A stretch of 64,000 nt of DNA from a virus, in IMG/VR virus record IMGVR_UViG_3300027985_001623, positions 34,504 to 98,503 of that record; one strand, given 5' to 3'. The first letter of the stretch is position 1; the number at the start of each line of letters is the position of its first letter. A program made the translations under genes and the position numbers. The notes beneath the pieces were generated by a model, which was given only the letters and a program-made list of their open reading frames with translations, was not told where the DNA came from and searched no databases. This document shows positions 38,740-47,836 of this stretch, in pieces.

Positions 38740-39059
38740 CTCATCCTCCTAGGCGGATTCCCGCAATGCAGACAATGGGTAAAGGTTCCCTGGCCTGGTG
38801 AGCATCGGTCTTCGGAGAAGTTCTTGGGCCATTCGCTTCGCTCCAACGGCAGATGGTAGTGCACAACGTCGCCAGGTTTCAGGCGATCGCGTACCGTTTC
38901 TGGAGTGATAGCTTCCCACGCGGCCTCGCTTATCGATCCGTACCAAGGATAGCAGCACCCGCCCGCTCCATCGGAGCAAAGCCTGCACCATCGCTTGCGC
39001 CGATGTCGGCGAATCATCCGCTTTGATTTGCGGCGTGATTGTTTTTGGCGGTAGGTCAT
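38736..39059 (-). CDS. basic Cys-rich hypothetical protein
   Basis: Arg-rich N-term, CRLC and CLHC. Confidence 0.55.
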   Translation of the reverse strand: MTYRQKQSRRKSKRMIRRHRRKRWCRLCSDGAGGCCYPWYGSISEAAWEAITPETVRDRLKPGDVVHYHLPLERSEWPKNFSEDRCSPGQGTFTHCLHCGNPPRRMR

Positions 39060-39664
39060 TCGATCACCTCCCAATTAACGACGAATCCTCCTTTATTCCT
39101 AACAAGTCGCACCGTGACAGTCTCCTCGTCTATGCCGTTGTACCATGGGTCTAGATCGGCATAGGTGGCGATAAAAACGGAAAGAGCTTCACTTGCCCCA
39201 TCTTTCCAGCTGACCTCCGGATAGTTGCCATCCTCATCGTGATTGCTTTGGCGCACGATGTGCTCGCCAATATCTTCAAGATCGAAGCACTCGTCTGGAT
39301 AGGCCCTCGATGATGGGGTGATTTCAACTTCAACAATATCGGATTCCTCGTTGCTTTCGTCGAGTTTATCGAGTGCGTACTGAATCGCATCACGACGAGT
39401 GCACACTGTCGAACCATCAAGGAACTTCTCCTCGTGCCCCATCCGCTCAATCTCGATCTCGACGCGGCGGATGTAGGTCGCGAAGCTGTAGAGCGTTCGA
39501 GTGTCGTCGTGCGGAACGGTCCAAATTGCCACGGCACCGTCGACGATGCTGGCATATGCAACGCGACTCTCGTCGGTCAGGATCGTGCCGCGATGGCTTT
39601 CGTTCACCCACTCCATCCCGTCAGGCCGCCCAGGAATCGCATTGAGTTGTTCGATGGTAATCAT
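39056..39664 (-). CDS. hypothetical with acidic C-term; N-terminal domain shared with 36702-37379
   Basis: MITIEQLNAIPGRPDGMEWV. Confidence 0.65.
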   Translation of the reverse strand: MITIEQLNAIPGRPDGMEWVNESHRGTILTDESRVAYASIVDGAVAIWTVPHDDTRTLYSFATYIRRVEIEIERMGHEEKFLDGSTVCTRRDAIQYALDKLDESNEESDIVEVEITPSSRAYPDECFDLEDIGEHIVRQSNHDEDGNYPEVSWKDGASEALSVFIATYADLDPWYNGIDEETVTVRLVRNKGGFVVNWEVIE

Positions 39665-40035
39665 GTTGGTTTCCTTAAAATTTCCTTCATCATCTCGTAC
39701 GTCTTGGGAGCCCGCCCTTTGTTGCACTTGTCGGCCATCTCTTGCTCTAGCAACGCGGTCAACTCGTCCCATCGGTCGACGAGTCGCGACCAGGCCGACG
39801 AAACCCCGCGCATCGCCTGCATTCTCCCATGAAACTCAGGCACCGACTTCAACAGCTCCATGCAACGACGCAAGTCTGAGGGGTCGTGAGGATGACACGG
39901 GACGTTTCGAAAATGCCGCGACCGGCATGGCAAGCCTGTGAAAGTTTCGAACATCTGCTCACTGCTCAATCCGCGCTCGCCGTCTGCGAGCCAGTTTGCA
40001 GCGGCTTTTGAAAGGAAAAATGCGGTATTACTCAT
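39661..40035 (-). CDS. conserved-type phage hypothetical protein
   Basis: WLADGERGLSS...PHDPSDLRRC..LL..VPE...W..LVDRWDEL. Confidence 0.65.
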   Translation of the reverse strand: MSNTAFFLSKAAANWLADGERGLSSEQMFETFTGLPCRSRHFRNVPCHPHDPSDLRRCMELLKSVPEFHGRMQAMRGVSSAWSRLVDRWDELTALLEQEMADKCNKGRAPKTYEMMKEILRKPT

Positions 40036-40310
40036 GTCACCACCTCCAACGGTGGTGGCCCCACCAAGGCACGAAGCGCTGCGCATATGTCTTTCGCACT
40101 GTCGAATCGCTCGAATCCGATTAGGTCCCAACGACCTTTAATCAGCGCACCCAATGCGATGAACCCCTCGGTATCCCAACGAGCCAACAGCAATGCCTCA
40201 CCCGTTGGGTCGCACGGGTGCGGTCGGCATATTGATGCAGACTCGCCGTGCTTTCGCCATTCGATGCCGTCGGCGATGAAGGTTGCTTCCTTATCAGCTT
40301 TCTCACTCAT
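40032..40310 (-). CDS. hypothetical protein
   Basis: coupled ORF. Confidence 0.5.
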   Translation of the reverse strand: MSEKADKEATFIADGIEWRKHGESASICRPHPCDPTGEALLLARWDTEGFIALGALIKGRWDLIGFERFDSAKDICAALRALVGPPPLEVVT

Positions 40311-40569
40311 ATTCACCCCACGCTCTATAATAAAAGAATCCACCACCATTCCCATCATAATCGCAGTCAGTAAAAACTTCAATCTTTTCCGGCGCCCGAA
40401 TGGGGTTCGCCGTATCGTTCACGAAGATGATTTCGCGGCCGCTGCCGCCCTTCAAATCAACCTGCTTGGCCCACTTCGCCGCAGCGTCGCACTCGGTTTT
40501 CGCGTCGATTAGGACGTGTCCAGTCACGTCGTGGGAGTGAGAGATTTCGAAGGTTTTCAGGCATTCCAT
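40303..40569 (-). CDS. hypothetical protein
   Basis: IDAKTECDAAAKWAKQVD; similar to 40982-41242. Confidence 0.55.
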   Translation of the reverse strand: MECLKTFEISHSHDVTGHVLIDAKTECDAAAKWAKQVDLKGGSGREIIFVNDTANPIRAPEKIEVFTDCDYDGNGGGFFYYRAWGEYE

Positions 40570-40985
40570 GAGCGTTCTTCCTCTGCATCCCATTTGCAAA
40601 ACTCGATGAAGCTTGAGAACGAGTCACCATATTCCCGGTATCGCTGATAACGTTGCTGGCCTCGCGTGAGCTTTGGAGCGGGCGGAAGCCCATATGCCTC
40701 TCGCACTTCGTTTTCGGTGAATTTACGATCTTCGGCTTTACGCCACGTCATGCCGAGCAGCGCGATGCAACCTGCGTCGGTGACCCAAAAACAGATGTCA
40801 CCTTTGCCGAGAAACGCGACTTCCTGAGACGTTGCGAGCCCGCGCTCTTTCAGCGACGACCAGATTGGATCCTGCGCGTCGCAGACAAAGCGGTTGCGGT
40901 AGGCCGTTCTGCGGTTGCGCCCGAGTTGCAGCCCTAGGGCGTGACACATGAGTTCGCGTTCTTCGGGGGTTAGTTCGGCGGTCAT
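40557..40985 (-). CDS. wHTH-like hypothetical protein
   Basis: HALG...YRNRF...W.SL...GL...FWVTDAG; LTRGQQRYQRY. Confidence 0.65.
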   Translation of the reverse strand: MTAELTPEERELMCHALGLQLGRNRRTAYRNRFVCDAQDPIWSSLKERGLATSQEVAFLGKGDICFWVTDAGCIALLGMTWRKAEDRKFTENEVREAYGLPPAPKLTRGQQRYQRYREYGDSFSSFIEFCKWDAEEERSWNA

Positions 40986-41242
40986 TCAAATTCTTCCTCC
41001 TTGAGCAATCTTGCCCCGTAATCGAGGGCCGGTTCTCCGTACGCAATAACCGATGCGACGAAGTCGCTACCGACCTTCCGAACGAACAGATTCACGCCAT
41101 CACTCTGCGAGAACGCGTAGTCACACGCGCTGTCGTATTTTTCCGCGTACTTTGTAGCCGCAGACGTCACGCTTGATGCAGGAATGATTTTGGCGCAATC
41201 TTCATCACCGTCGTTGGGATCCCATACCTTGTATTTGTTCAT
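40982..41242 (-). CDS. hypothetical protein
   Basis: YKVW...IPASSVTSAATKYAEKYD. Confidence 0.6.
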   Translation of the reverse strand: MNKYKVWDPNDGDEDCAKIIPASSVTSAATKYAEKYDSACDYAFSQSDGVNLFVRKVGSDFVASVIAYGEPALDYGARLLKEEEFE

Positions 41243-41598
41243 AAGTCTGGCAATTTTTCGAGCTCTCGCTTGGTCATCTCGATGACTTCGACTTCTAGTA
41301 CATCACCGATCTCAGCATTTGCAGCCCATAATTGCAGTGAGCAAGCGAGACCACGTTCATCCGTGATTTCAACGGGTGTCCAATGTTCGCCGTCGGTGAC
41401 TTCCGGGGGAAATTTGATGCACCGCACGCGCGGACTATCATCCGGCCCCTCATCGTCAAGGTCGCTTGTGGCGTGTGGCGTTACTCCAGCCGGGTCCGCG
41501 TCCTTTTCAGCGAATCGATGAAGTTCGCATGGCTTCACGTTTGCGTACGCGCTTGGGGAGGTCCAGCAGGCGGGGCACTGCGTTAGCTCGGTGGTCAC
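41239..41598 (-). CDS. hypothetical acidic protein
   Basis: coupled ORF. Confidence 0.55.
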   Translation of the reverse strand: MTTELTQCPACWTSPSAYANVKPCELHRFAEKDADPAGVTPHATSDLDDEGPDDSPRVRCIKFPPEVTDGEHWTPVEITDERGLACSLQLWAANAEIGDVLEVEVIEMTKRELEKLPDL

Positions 41599-41828
41599 TC
41601 CTTCACCATCCTCTCTTGAATCATGAAAATAAAGTTTGCGACGTCGGCCGCTTCATGAATAGCCGGATTCTGAAAGAACTCGGCAAGCTCTTCATGAAAC
41701 CTCGAAATTAGATGCTCAACCGGATCGTCCAACCAGCCGGCTCGACCCTTGTCGCAACCGGCCTCCATCTTTTCGTGCATCGCCTTGTACCATGCACTGC
41801 ATCGCTGTAACTGTTCTTCTCTTGTCAT
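41595..41828 (-). CDS. small all-alpha NTP-pyrophosphatase (MazG-like) domain protein
   Basis: EELAE...EAADVANFIFMI acidic helix pair. Confidence 0.55.
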   Translation of the reverse strand: MTREEQLQRCSAWYKAMHEKMEAGCDKGRAGWLDDPVEHLISRFHEELAEFFQNPAIHEAADVANFIFMIQERMVKE

Positions 41829-42145
41829 TTCGCAATTTCCTCAACCGCCTCGTAGCTCAAAGCGTTATGCAAAATAAGAATCTCCCGCCCCTCGATCCAA
41901 CATTCAGTATCCGAGTGGTCTCGGTACCAGCGTAGCTCCCACACCCCTGAGTTCGTTCGTGCCTTCCACATTTTTCCAGCGTAAACACCACTCGGCATCG
42001 ATCGGCTATACTCCGCCAGTTGTAAAAACGTTTGTTCATACATGACCGCGTGCGTGTCATCTACAAGGATTAGCTGCGGGGCTGGCTGGATCCAATATCT
42101 CCCTAAGGGATTGGTCATTTCGGGGATTTCGTTATTTGGGGTCAT
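41825..42145 (-). CDS. conserved-type phage hypothetical protein
   Basis: LAEYSRSMPSGVYAGKMWK motif. Confidence 0.6.
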   Translation of the reverse strand: MTPNNEIPEMTNPLGRYWIQPAPQLILVDDTHAVMYEQTFLQLAEYSRSMPSGVYAGKMWKARTNSGVWELRWYRDHSDTECWIEGREILILHNALSYEAVEEIAK

Positions 42146-42651
42146 TTCGCCATCTCTTCAACTCTGCAAGTGCTGCGCGTGCGAGGTCGTATCGAACGAA
42201 CCCACGCGTTCTTGGTACATAAAGTGGGTGCCGCGGGTCCCCGTTTTTGGTCACACCTAAACAAAGTGCATCCGGGTAAAGGGTAACCATGTTGTGAGCT
42301 TGCTGTTGAGCAAGCGTGTTCGCTCCCCCAAGCAAAAACGATCTTGTCTAACAACGGCACGTCGTTGTCACTCCCGACGGAGTCTTCGACGCGTGCCAAC
42401 TCCTTTGGATTCGTCGCGCGATAGGCAAAAAGATTGCGAACAACGAGGCCGTGAAAACCGTAGTCTTGCGAAAACTGAGCACACCGCCGGATAGTCGGGT
42501 CGTCCTCCCCTGCATCGGCAGTGGACGGGTTCAGCATCACCCACGTGAGCATCGCTCCATCGCCCCATCGCCTCCCGAGCTCGTAGCGGTAGCGTTGACA
42601 CGGGGAGATTGTCGCCCAGCTCTCCGTGTATTTGATGCGATGAGTGGTCAT
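42132..42651 (-). pseudogene. DUF1643-family gene, frameshifted
   Basis: YRYEL, MLNPSTAD..DDPTIRRC, NLFAYRATNP, AWG in one frame; CLGVTKNGDPRHPLY in another after a G5 run at 42325-42329. Confidence 0.75.
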
Positions 42652-43130
42652 TTCGCCGCCTTCCATGCCGCGAGAGCGGCTTCGAGGCGAGAGGCTGCTT
42701 TATTTCGTCCGCGATCTCGCAGCTTGCGGACAAGCGTTTGCATAGATGAGAGACTGGACCAGCGACCCCGCTGACCAATGTGCAGATCAACTGAGGAAAC
42801 TCCAACAGGCGGGAAGACGAATCTCCCTGCCAGTTCTGTCGCTTTACGCCAAAGCTTAGCTTCAGATAATTGCTTCGGCGCTGGTCGGTAATCGTTTGGC
42901 AAGCCATCGACGACTTCAAGCTCCATGGCCGTGTTGTGCTGTTCTTCATCTACAAACTCGTGGTCCAAACACTCTAAAGGTCCAAGCATCGCGTCCGAGT
43001 TGAGTGCGTTCCATGCTGCTGCCTTCATCGCATCTTCATCGGACGGATTGCCGTCAAACTCGAAATGAAAAGTGTACTCGGCCTTTGCGTGAACGACAGC
43101 ACTGACGACTACGGATTTTTTGGTGCTCAT
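42648..43130 (-). CDS. hypothetical protein
   Basis: ATGA-coupled ORF. Confidence 0.55.
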   Translation of the reverse strand: MSTKKSVVVSAVVHAKAEYTFHFEFDGNPSDEDAMKAAAWNALNSDAMLGPLECLDHEFVDEEQHNTAMELEVVDGLPNDYRPAPKQLSEAKLWRKATELAGRFVFPPVGVSSVDLHIGQRGRWSSLSSMQTLVRKLRDRGRNKAASRLEAALAAWKAAK

Positions 43131-43450
43131 TTGGCCTCCAAATATTCATCGAGCACGTCACTGGCAATTTGCCGGACTACGTTGCTAGCGTCTTCATTTT
43201 TCATGCGCTGCACCAGCTCGGCAACGGCCGAATCTATGTGGTAGGTAAGCCCGTATAGCACTCCCTCACGAACGTAGTTTTTCTCGTGTGAGAGCAGCGG
43301 CACCAAGACCTCGCGCACAAGCGTTCCGTCTGACGAGCGTTGGCCGAAGTGTTCGGCGGCGAAAGTCAGGTCGGTTGGCTCCATAGTGCCGGAGCGGATG
43401 GACTGCTCAAGATCGGCGAGAGGCATCTCTTCAAAATTTCGCTTGGTCAC
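43127..43450 (-). CDS. HEAT-repeat protein
   Basis: LLSHEKNYVREGVLYGL and DASNVVRQIA repeats. Confidence 0.7.
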   Translation of the reverse strand: MTKRNFEEMPLADLEQSIRSGTMEPTDLTFAAEHFGQRSSDGTLVREVLVPLLSHEKNYVREGVLYGLTYHIDSAVAELVQRMKNEDASNVVRQIASDVLDEYLEAK

Positions 43451-43611
43451 GGCTTCCTCCACTTTCCCCGCTCTCGAACGGTTGGCGATGGCAAATCGGC
43501 CACTTTCTTCGCGTCCTCGTTCAATTTGTCCTCAACGAGTACGATTTTACCATCCTGAATGGCCGCCATGGCGATTATGGCTGCGAATTTGTTTACGTTT
43601 AGTGTGGTCAT
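43447..43611 (-). CDS. small hypothetical protein (not in ORF track)
   Basis: 54 aa MTTLNVNKFAAIIAMAAIQD...; GTGA overlap with HEAT gene. Confidence 0.45.
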   Translation of the reverse strand: MTTLNVNKFAAIIAMAAIQDGKIVLVEDKLNEDAKKVADLPSPTVRERGKWRKP

Positions 43612-43627
43612 GCCTTCACCTTCGTCG

Positions 43628-43993
43628 CTACGGTGTTCTATCCCAGTATTCGAGTTGCGCCCTCAAGAACTGAACATCAGTTCTATTTTGTGAGTGCCTG
43701 ACTGCGAGTTTGTCCCCATTAGCAAGCCAATAGCGAATAGTATGTGTTTGACAGCCAATAGTCACCTCATTCTCATTACGAGCGATCCGGTACCTGTAGC
43801 CACCGTCACCGGAGCCCCGGCCAGAGCCATCGCCAGCACCAAAGCCGAAGCCGTGGCCATCGCCAGCACCGAAGCCGGAGCTACGGCCAGCGCCGAAGCC
43901 ATAGCCATCGCCAAAGCCAGCGCCGAAGCCGTGGTCATCACCGGCGCCAGCACCAGAACCAGCGCCAGAACCAGAGCCCCAGCCCCTAGCCAC
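43628..43993 (-). CDS. Gly-rich (GxG) repeat protein with C-terminal IGCQxH motif
   Basis: GAGDGHGFG-type repeats; VTIGCQTHTIRYW. Confidence 0.65.
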   Translation of the reverse strand: MARGWGSGSGAGSGAGAGDDHGFGAGFGDGYGFGAGRSSGFGAGDGHGFGFGAGDGSGRGSGDGGYRYRIARNENEVTIGCQTHTIRYWLANGDKLAVRHSQNRTDVQFLRAQLEYWDRTP

Positions 43994-44297
43994 GCCACAC
44001 CCCTACCTTGGACAACGCCTGCTCGGCGGTTTGAGACAACTCCATTATTTCCCGCGCATCGTCAATCGTAGCAGTACTTACGACGGGGGAAATTTTTCCG
44101 CCGGTGATACCATTCGATGCAATGGCGAACGTGTCGAGAGCTCCGCTATCCCACCGCCAAATGCGCTGAACATCTGTAAGGATGGCGATGCCACCATCTT
44201 TTTGTTTGTGGGACCTGTAGCCCGCAAGAGTTCCGAAAAAAACGCCCGAGCCAGGGGCTCGAACAACTACTCGTTTACCAATCAGTGGGTGTTTCAT
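43986..44297 (-). CDS. DUF6948-like small beta protein
   Basis: IGKRVVVRA..SGVFFGTL...LTDVQRIWRW.SGA. Confidence 0.65.
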   Translation of the reverse strand: MKHPLIGKRVVVRAPGSGVFFGTLAGYRSHKQKDGGIAILTDVQRIWRWDSGALDTFAIASNGITGGKISPVVSTATIDDAREIMELSQTAEQALSKVGVWRG

Positions 44298-44309
44298 GTG
44301 TTTTACCTC

Positions 44310-45257
44310 TTAGTGTCCAGTATCGTCGGGGCTTGTTGTCCTCACCCCCAAAATACGCTCAAACTCTGCAATTGCGTTGTAGAGTTCGGGGTCGACCGGC
44401 TGGTCAGCCTCCCTAAATTCATCGCACACGCCACGAAGCTCCATGAGACCAATAAGAGCAGCCTTACGGCTAACGGCTACGGTTTCTGTAGCGGTGGGCG
44501 GGGCCTCGTTTTTGACGTAACCCGAAATACGCTCGTCCGCGGACGGGGGTAATCGGACAACGTCGACGCGGTTCCAACTAGCGGGATCGATAAGGTAGCG
44601 GGAAGCTGCTGGTTTCGCTGCTGCTTTGCTCCAGACAGGTACCGCCATCAGAGCACGCCACGCTTCTTCAAGCGGAACGGGGATGAAATTATTCGGCCGG
44701 ATGCTCCACTCGTCTGGTTCCCCCGTTTCATAGTTACTGCCGTACGCGAGTTCAGGCTGAAACGTCACGATCGCGGCGGGGTGGGTTGTCTCGCCGTCGT
44801 AAGTTCCGTCCGGCAGCAGGTCGGCCATGCTCTCGACTTCCAACCAGCCGTCCATACCCACGGTGTCCAAGACCGCGTACGTGTCGTTTATGCCAGCGAT
44901 GACAAGCGCGGCGATCGAAAAAGTGCGGTCGCCGTAGGTGTAGGAGGGCTCAGCCCCGTCCTTAGTGTGCGCATCTTCGTCGCTCGCTGCGTCTTCTTTC
45001 TTCTCGTCGACGCAAGCAGATTCAATCTCCAGTTTATCGGCCGCCATGAACACGTAAGCCGCGGCCGAGGCCGCGTGCCGGGGTGTTGGGTCGCGCAGAA
45101 CACGGGCAATTCGTTCGTGCAGTCTTGCGATGAGAGAAAGCGCGGAGTCATCCCGCCACCCCTCGCGACCTTTCGAGATGCCGTAAGCCATGACGGCTCG
45201 GAGCTCGTGGACCCAGTTCGCTACTTCGTTTAGTTGTTCTTCATCGGTCATAATCAC
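44310..45257 (-). CDS. chimeric multidomain hypothetical protein
   Basis: N-domain similar to 41595-41828, middle domain similar to 36068-36403. Confidence 0.7.
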   Translation of the reverse strand: MIMTDEEQLNEVANWVHELRAVMAYGISKGREGWRDDSALSLIARLHERIARVLRDPTPRHAASAAAYVFMAADKLEIESACVDEKKEDAASDEDAHTKDGAEPSYTYGDRTFSIAALVIAGINDTYAVLDTVGMDGWLEVESMADLLPDGTYDGETTHPAAIVTFQPELAYGSNYETGEPDEWSIRPNNFIPVPLEEAWRALMAVPVWSKAAAKPAASRYLIDPASWNRVDVVRLPPSADERISGYVKNEAPPTATETVAVSRKAALIGLMELRGVCDEFREADQPVDPELYNAIAEFERILGVRTTSPDDTGH

Positions 45258-45517
45258 GTTTCCCCGTTCTGTTCATCGCAATCGTTCGGTCTACGTCGCT
45301 TTGGGACGCCGAGCTCGTCTAATAGCCGAATAATTCTCCATATTCCGTCGCCAACCGTTAGCCCATCGCAACCATTTTCTTCGTCAAAAATATCATCCGT
45401 AGCTTCTGTCAGCTTTCTGATTTTAAGCAAAGCAGTAACTAGCTCGGACTTTCGTTTCTTTACAAGCTCTTTGAACTCCGATTGCGGAATGGCGTTTAAT
45501 TGTTCTTCGTTGGGCAT
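45254..45517 (-). CDS. hypothetical protein
   Basis: coupled ORF. Confidence 0.55.
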   Translation of the reverse strand: MPNEEQLNAIPQSEFKELVKKRKSELVTALLKIRKLTEATDDIFDEENGCDGLTVGDGIWRIIRLLDELGVPKRRRPNDCDEQNGET

Positions 45518-45756
45518 TACGTCTTCTCCAGCCCCACTACCGGTAACACTTTAAGAAACAGATCGGATGAGTACACCTTCCGGGTTAGTTTGAGCAACTC
45601 AATAAACGTCAACGGTCGCCTAACTCCGTGTCTTCGGACGGGGTCCCTTCTCATTCGCCGCACACGACGAGCCCGGCACTTCTGCCGATATCCCTTTCGT
45701 TTGCGTGGTGGCCACTCGCTTTTACGCACTCCTTCGTTCAAAATAGAAACGCTCAT
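45517..45756 (-). CDS. very basic small protein
   Basis: Arg/Lys-rich 79 aa; coupled both sides. Confidence 0.5.
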   Translation of the reverse strand: MSVSILNEGVRKSEWPPRKRKGYRQKCRARRVRRMRRDPVRRHGVRRPLTFIELLKLTRKVYSSDLFLKVLPVVGLEKT

Positions 45757-46169
45757 GTGGTCCCGTTCAAAATCTTCAGCACCTCAGACGCGCAAAACTG
45801 CTGACCAGGTTGCGTCACTGGACAGTTCAACGTCGCTTTACAGTAATCACGTATGCGTGATTGGACCTCCTGGAGCTGCTTGAGTTTAGCGCTCAAGTCT
45901 TCACCTCCGGTCCCATCGGCAGTCGGCTTCTTTTCGAACCAAGAAGGTTTTGGGAACCGCTCGGTGAACACGTATTTGTCCACTTCTTCGAACTCGATGT
46001 GTGAAGCTTCGGGCCAGTTCCTCAGAATCTCGACGAGGTCGTCTGCGTAGGCCACGACGACAGAGTAGCTTTTGTCAATGGCGTAGCCCGAGCACCAGTA
46101 CGGATGCTTGACCGGCCAATTGACGGCCCGATAATCATCACCATTTGTGTGGAATCGCGCGCGAATCAT
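45753..46169 (-). CDS. conserved-type phage hypothetical protein
   Basis: DYRAVNWP..HPYWCSGY...WPEA...FTERFPKPSW. Confidence 0.65.
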   Translation of the reverse strand: MIRARFHTNGDDYRAVNWPVKHPYWCSGYAIDKSYSVVVAYADDLVEILRNWPEASHIEFEEVDKYVFTERFPKPSWFEKKPTADGTGGEDLSAKLKQLQEVQSRIRDYCKATLNCPVTQPGQQFCASEVLKILNGTT

Positions 46170-46468
46170 TCTTCTCCCAAACAATCTTGAACCGTGTCTA
46201 TGGCTGCATAAAAATCGCAGCTCCATCCGGCTGAGCGAAGAGCCATCGCCTCACGGATGATGATTTTGAGTGCGGCCACGGGAATAACGACATGCCGCTC
46301 ATCGAACTCAGTGAGCGCTTTTTTTACGTCCTCGTACTCGTAGGTTACGCCGTCAAAGAACAGGCAGTTAGCGCTTGCGTATCCACGCGTAACGCCAGGG
46401 TCCTCTAGAAACATACGCGCCGCGTATGCTTGTTCGGAAGTGAGCTCAAGTTTAGGCTTCGGGTTCAT
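46166..46468 (-). CDS. hypothetical protein
   Basis: ATGA-coupled ORF. Confidence 0.55.
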   Translation of the reverse strand: MNPKPKLELTSEQAYAARMFLEDPGVTRGYASANCLFFDGVTYEYEDVKKALTEFDERHVVIPVAALKIIIREAMALRSAGWSCDFYAAIDTVQDCLGEE

Positions 46469-47097
46469 GATTTCTTCCTTTTGCGCACTTTGGGTTTTTT
46501 GCCAGCGCGTCCGTCGGTTTCCCAATCAGCAGCATAGGCCGCGCCGGGACTCATAATGTTACCATTAGCGACGGCGTCGAGCACCATCGCTTCGGCAGCT
46601 TCTTGAAGACTTACACCACAACGCCAATCTAGGAATTTCGTCGAGCAGCAAAAATTGTGTTGTTCATTGACTTGGTCGGTGTCCAAAAATCGAAAATGCT
46701 GGGGTACTTTAACGCCGGCCACTGCTTCAAGTGCGGCGCGGTAATACGCGTCGAGCCATAGCCGTTCTTCGGCGGAGAACCCATCGAGTTTTTCTTCCGC
46801 GATTTGCCGGGGGGTCTTCTTTTGCGCTTGAAGTAACTTCGTCAAGTTAGCGTTAGCTTGTTCGAGTTGAGTTTGCGCTTCATCTAGATCGATTTCGAGC
46901 TGGACAATCTGATTTCGCGCTTTCCTCTCCAAGGCGCTGAAATTGGTATTCGCCTGATGCTGCTCTCTTTCGAGCCTCATAATTTGGGACTCCAACTCGC
47001 GGATTTCCACGTCTCGTTCGAGAAGCTGTTTGTGAAAAGCAGCTAACGCGTAGTTCAACGCGACGACGATGCCGTTACTCGCATTTTCGGCGGTCAT
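46465..47097 (-). CDS. coiled-coil protein
   Basis: heptad-rich N-half. Confidence 0.65.
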   Translation of the reverse strand: MTAENASNGIVVALNYALAAFHKQLLERDVEIRELESQIMRLEREQHQANTNFSALERKARNQIVQLEIDLDEAQTQLEQANANLTKLLQAQKKTPRQIAEEKLDGFSAEERLWLDAYYRAALEAVAGVKVPQHFRFLDTDQVNEQHNFCCSTKFLDWRCGVSLQEAAEAMVLDAVANGNIMSPGAAYAADWETDGRAGKKPKVRKRKKS

Positions 47098-47348
47098 GAC
47101 GTTTTACCTTTGCGTGGTGCAGGCAAAGGTTTTTTACGCGCCTTTTTTGTCGCTGCCGCCGCAGCGCGTTCTTCTACGATTCGCGCTTTTGCGAGCGCGA
47201 GCATTTTCGCTCGAACACCATTAGCGAATTGCATAATCAAGGTTTCGAACTCCATAAGTCCGCACTGCGCTCCCGACGAAACTCCAGCCGTCATGCGCCC
47301 GTCACTTGTGATTTTGACAGATACAGAATATTTTCGTTGCTTGGTCAT
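47094..47348 (-). CDS. hypothetical with Lys/Ala-rich tail
   Basis: ATG 47348. Confidence 0.55.
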   Translation of the reverse strand: MTKQRKYSVSVKITSDGRMTAGVSSGAQCGLMEFETLIMQFANGVRAKMLALAKARIVEERAAAAATKKARKKPLPAPRKGKTS

Positions 47349-47365
47349 GTAGTCTCTCACGTGCA

Positions 47366-47399
47366 AACACCGCTATTGGTGTTTCTCAATAGCGGTGTT
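47366..47399 (-). terminator. hairpin terminator after RyR-domain gene
   Basis: AACACCGCTATTG-N8-CAATAGCGGTGTT, 13-bp stem; short T-tract. Confidence 0.6.
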
Positions 47400-47425
47400 C
47401 CCTAAACATTGTCTGCTGGCGAGCC

Positions 47426-47836
47426 TCAGAACGGGCTTATCAAACCCTCGTGAATCAGCATCGTTTTGGCGATGGCGCCAAAGATGTAGTCTTTGGCGCG
47501 CTGTTCTGGAGGAAGTTGCTCATAAGGGACAAAACACGGATGCTCTTTTTTGTCGGGGTCCTTAACGGACCCGTACTTCCACCCATCCTCGGCTTTCTCT
47601 GCGAGCCAAGATTCATGCGACGCCGACGGGGGCGCGTCCGGATGGGTTCGGTGAAATTGCACGCCATTGATGGCAGATCCAGTCTGCCAATCAGGAGCAT
47701 CCGACCAATGCGGTTGGCTATGGTCACCAAGCGCTGCACAATAGGCGCGATTTGCCTCATGACAAGTTTCTGCGATGCGCTCGATGGCGAGCCGCTCGGA
47801 AGCTAGCTGGTGTTGGTTGTCGGGTTGTGTGTTCAT
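47426..47836 (-). CDS. RyR (ryanodine receptor repeat) domain protein
   Basis: CHEANRAYC...W..AP.WQ; SHESWLAEK..DGWKYG..KD..KKEHPCFVPYEQLP.EQRAKD; GGAG SD. Confidence 0.85.
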   Translation of the reverse strand: MNTQPDNQHQLASERLAIERIAETCHEANRAYCAALGDHSQPHWSDAPDWQTGSAINGVQFHRTHPDAPPSASHESWLAEKAEDGWKYGSVKDPDKKEHPCFVPYEQLPPEQRAKDYIFGAIAKTMLIHEGLISPF

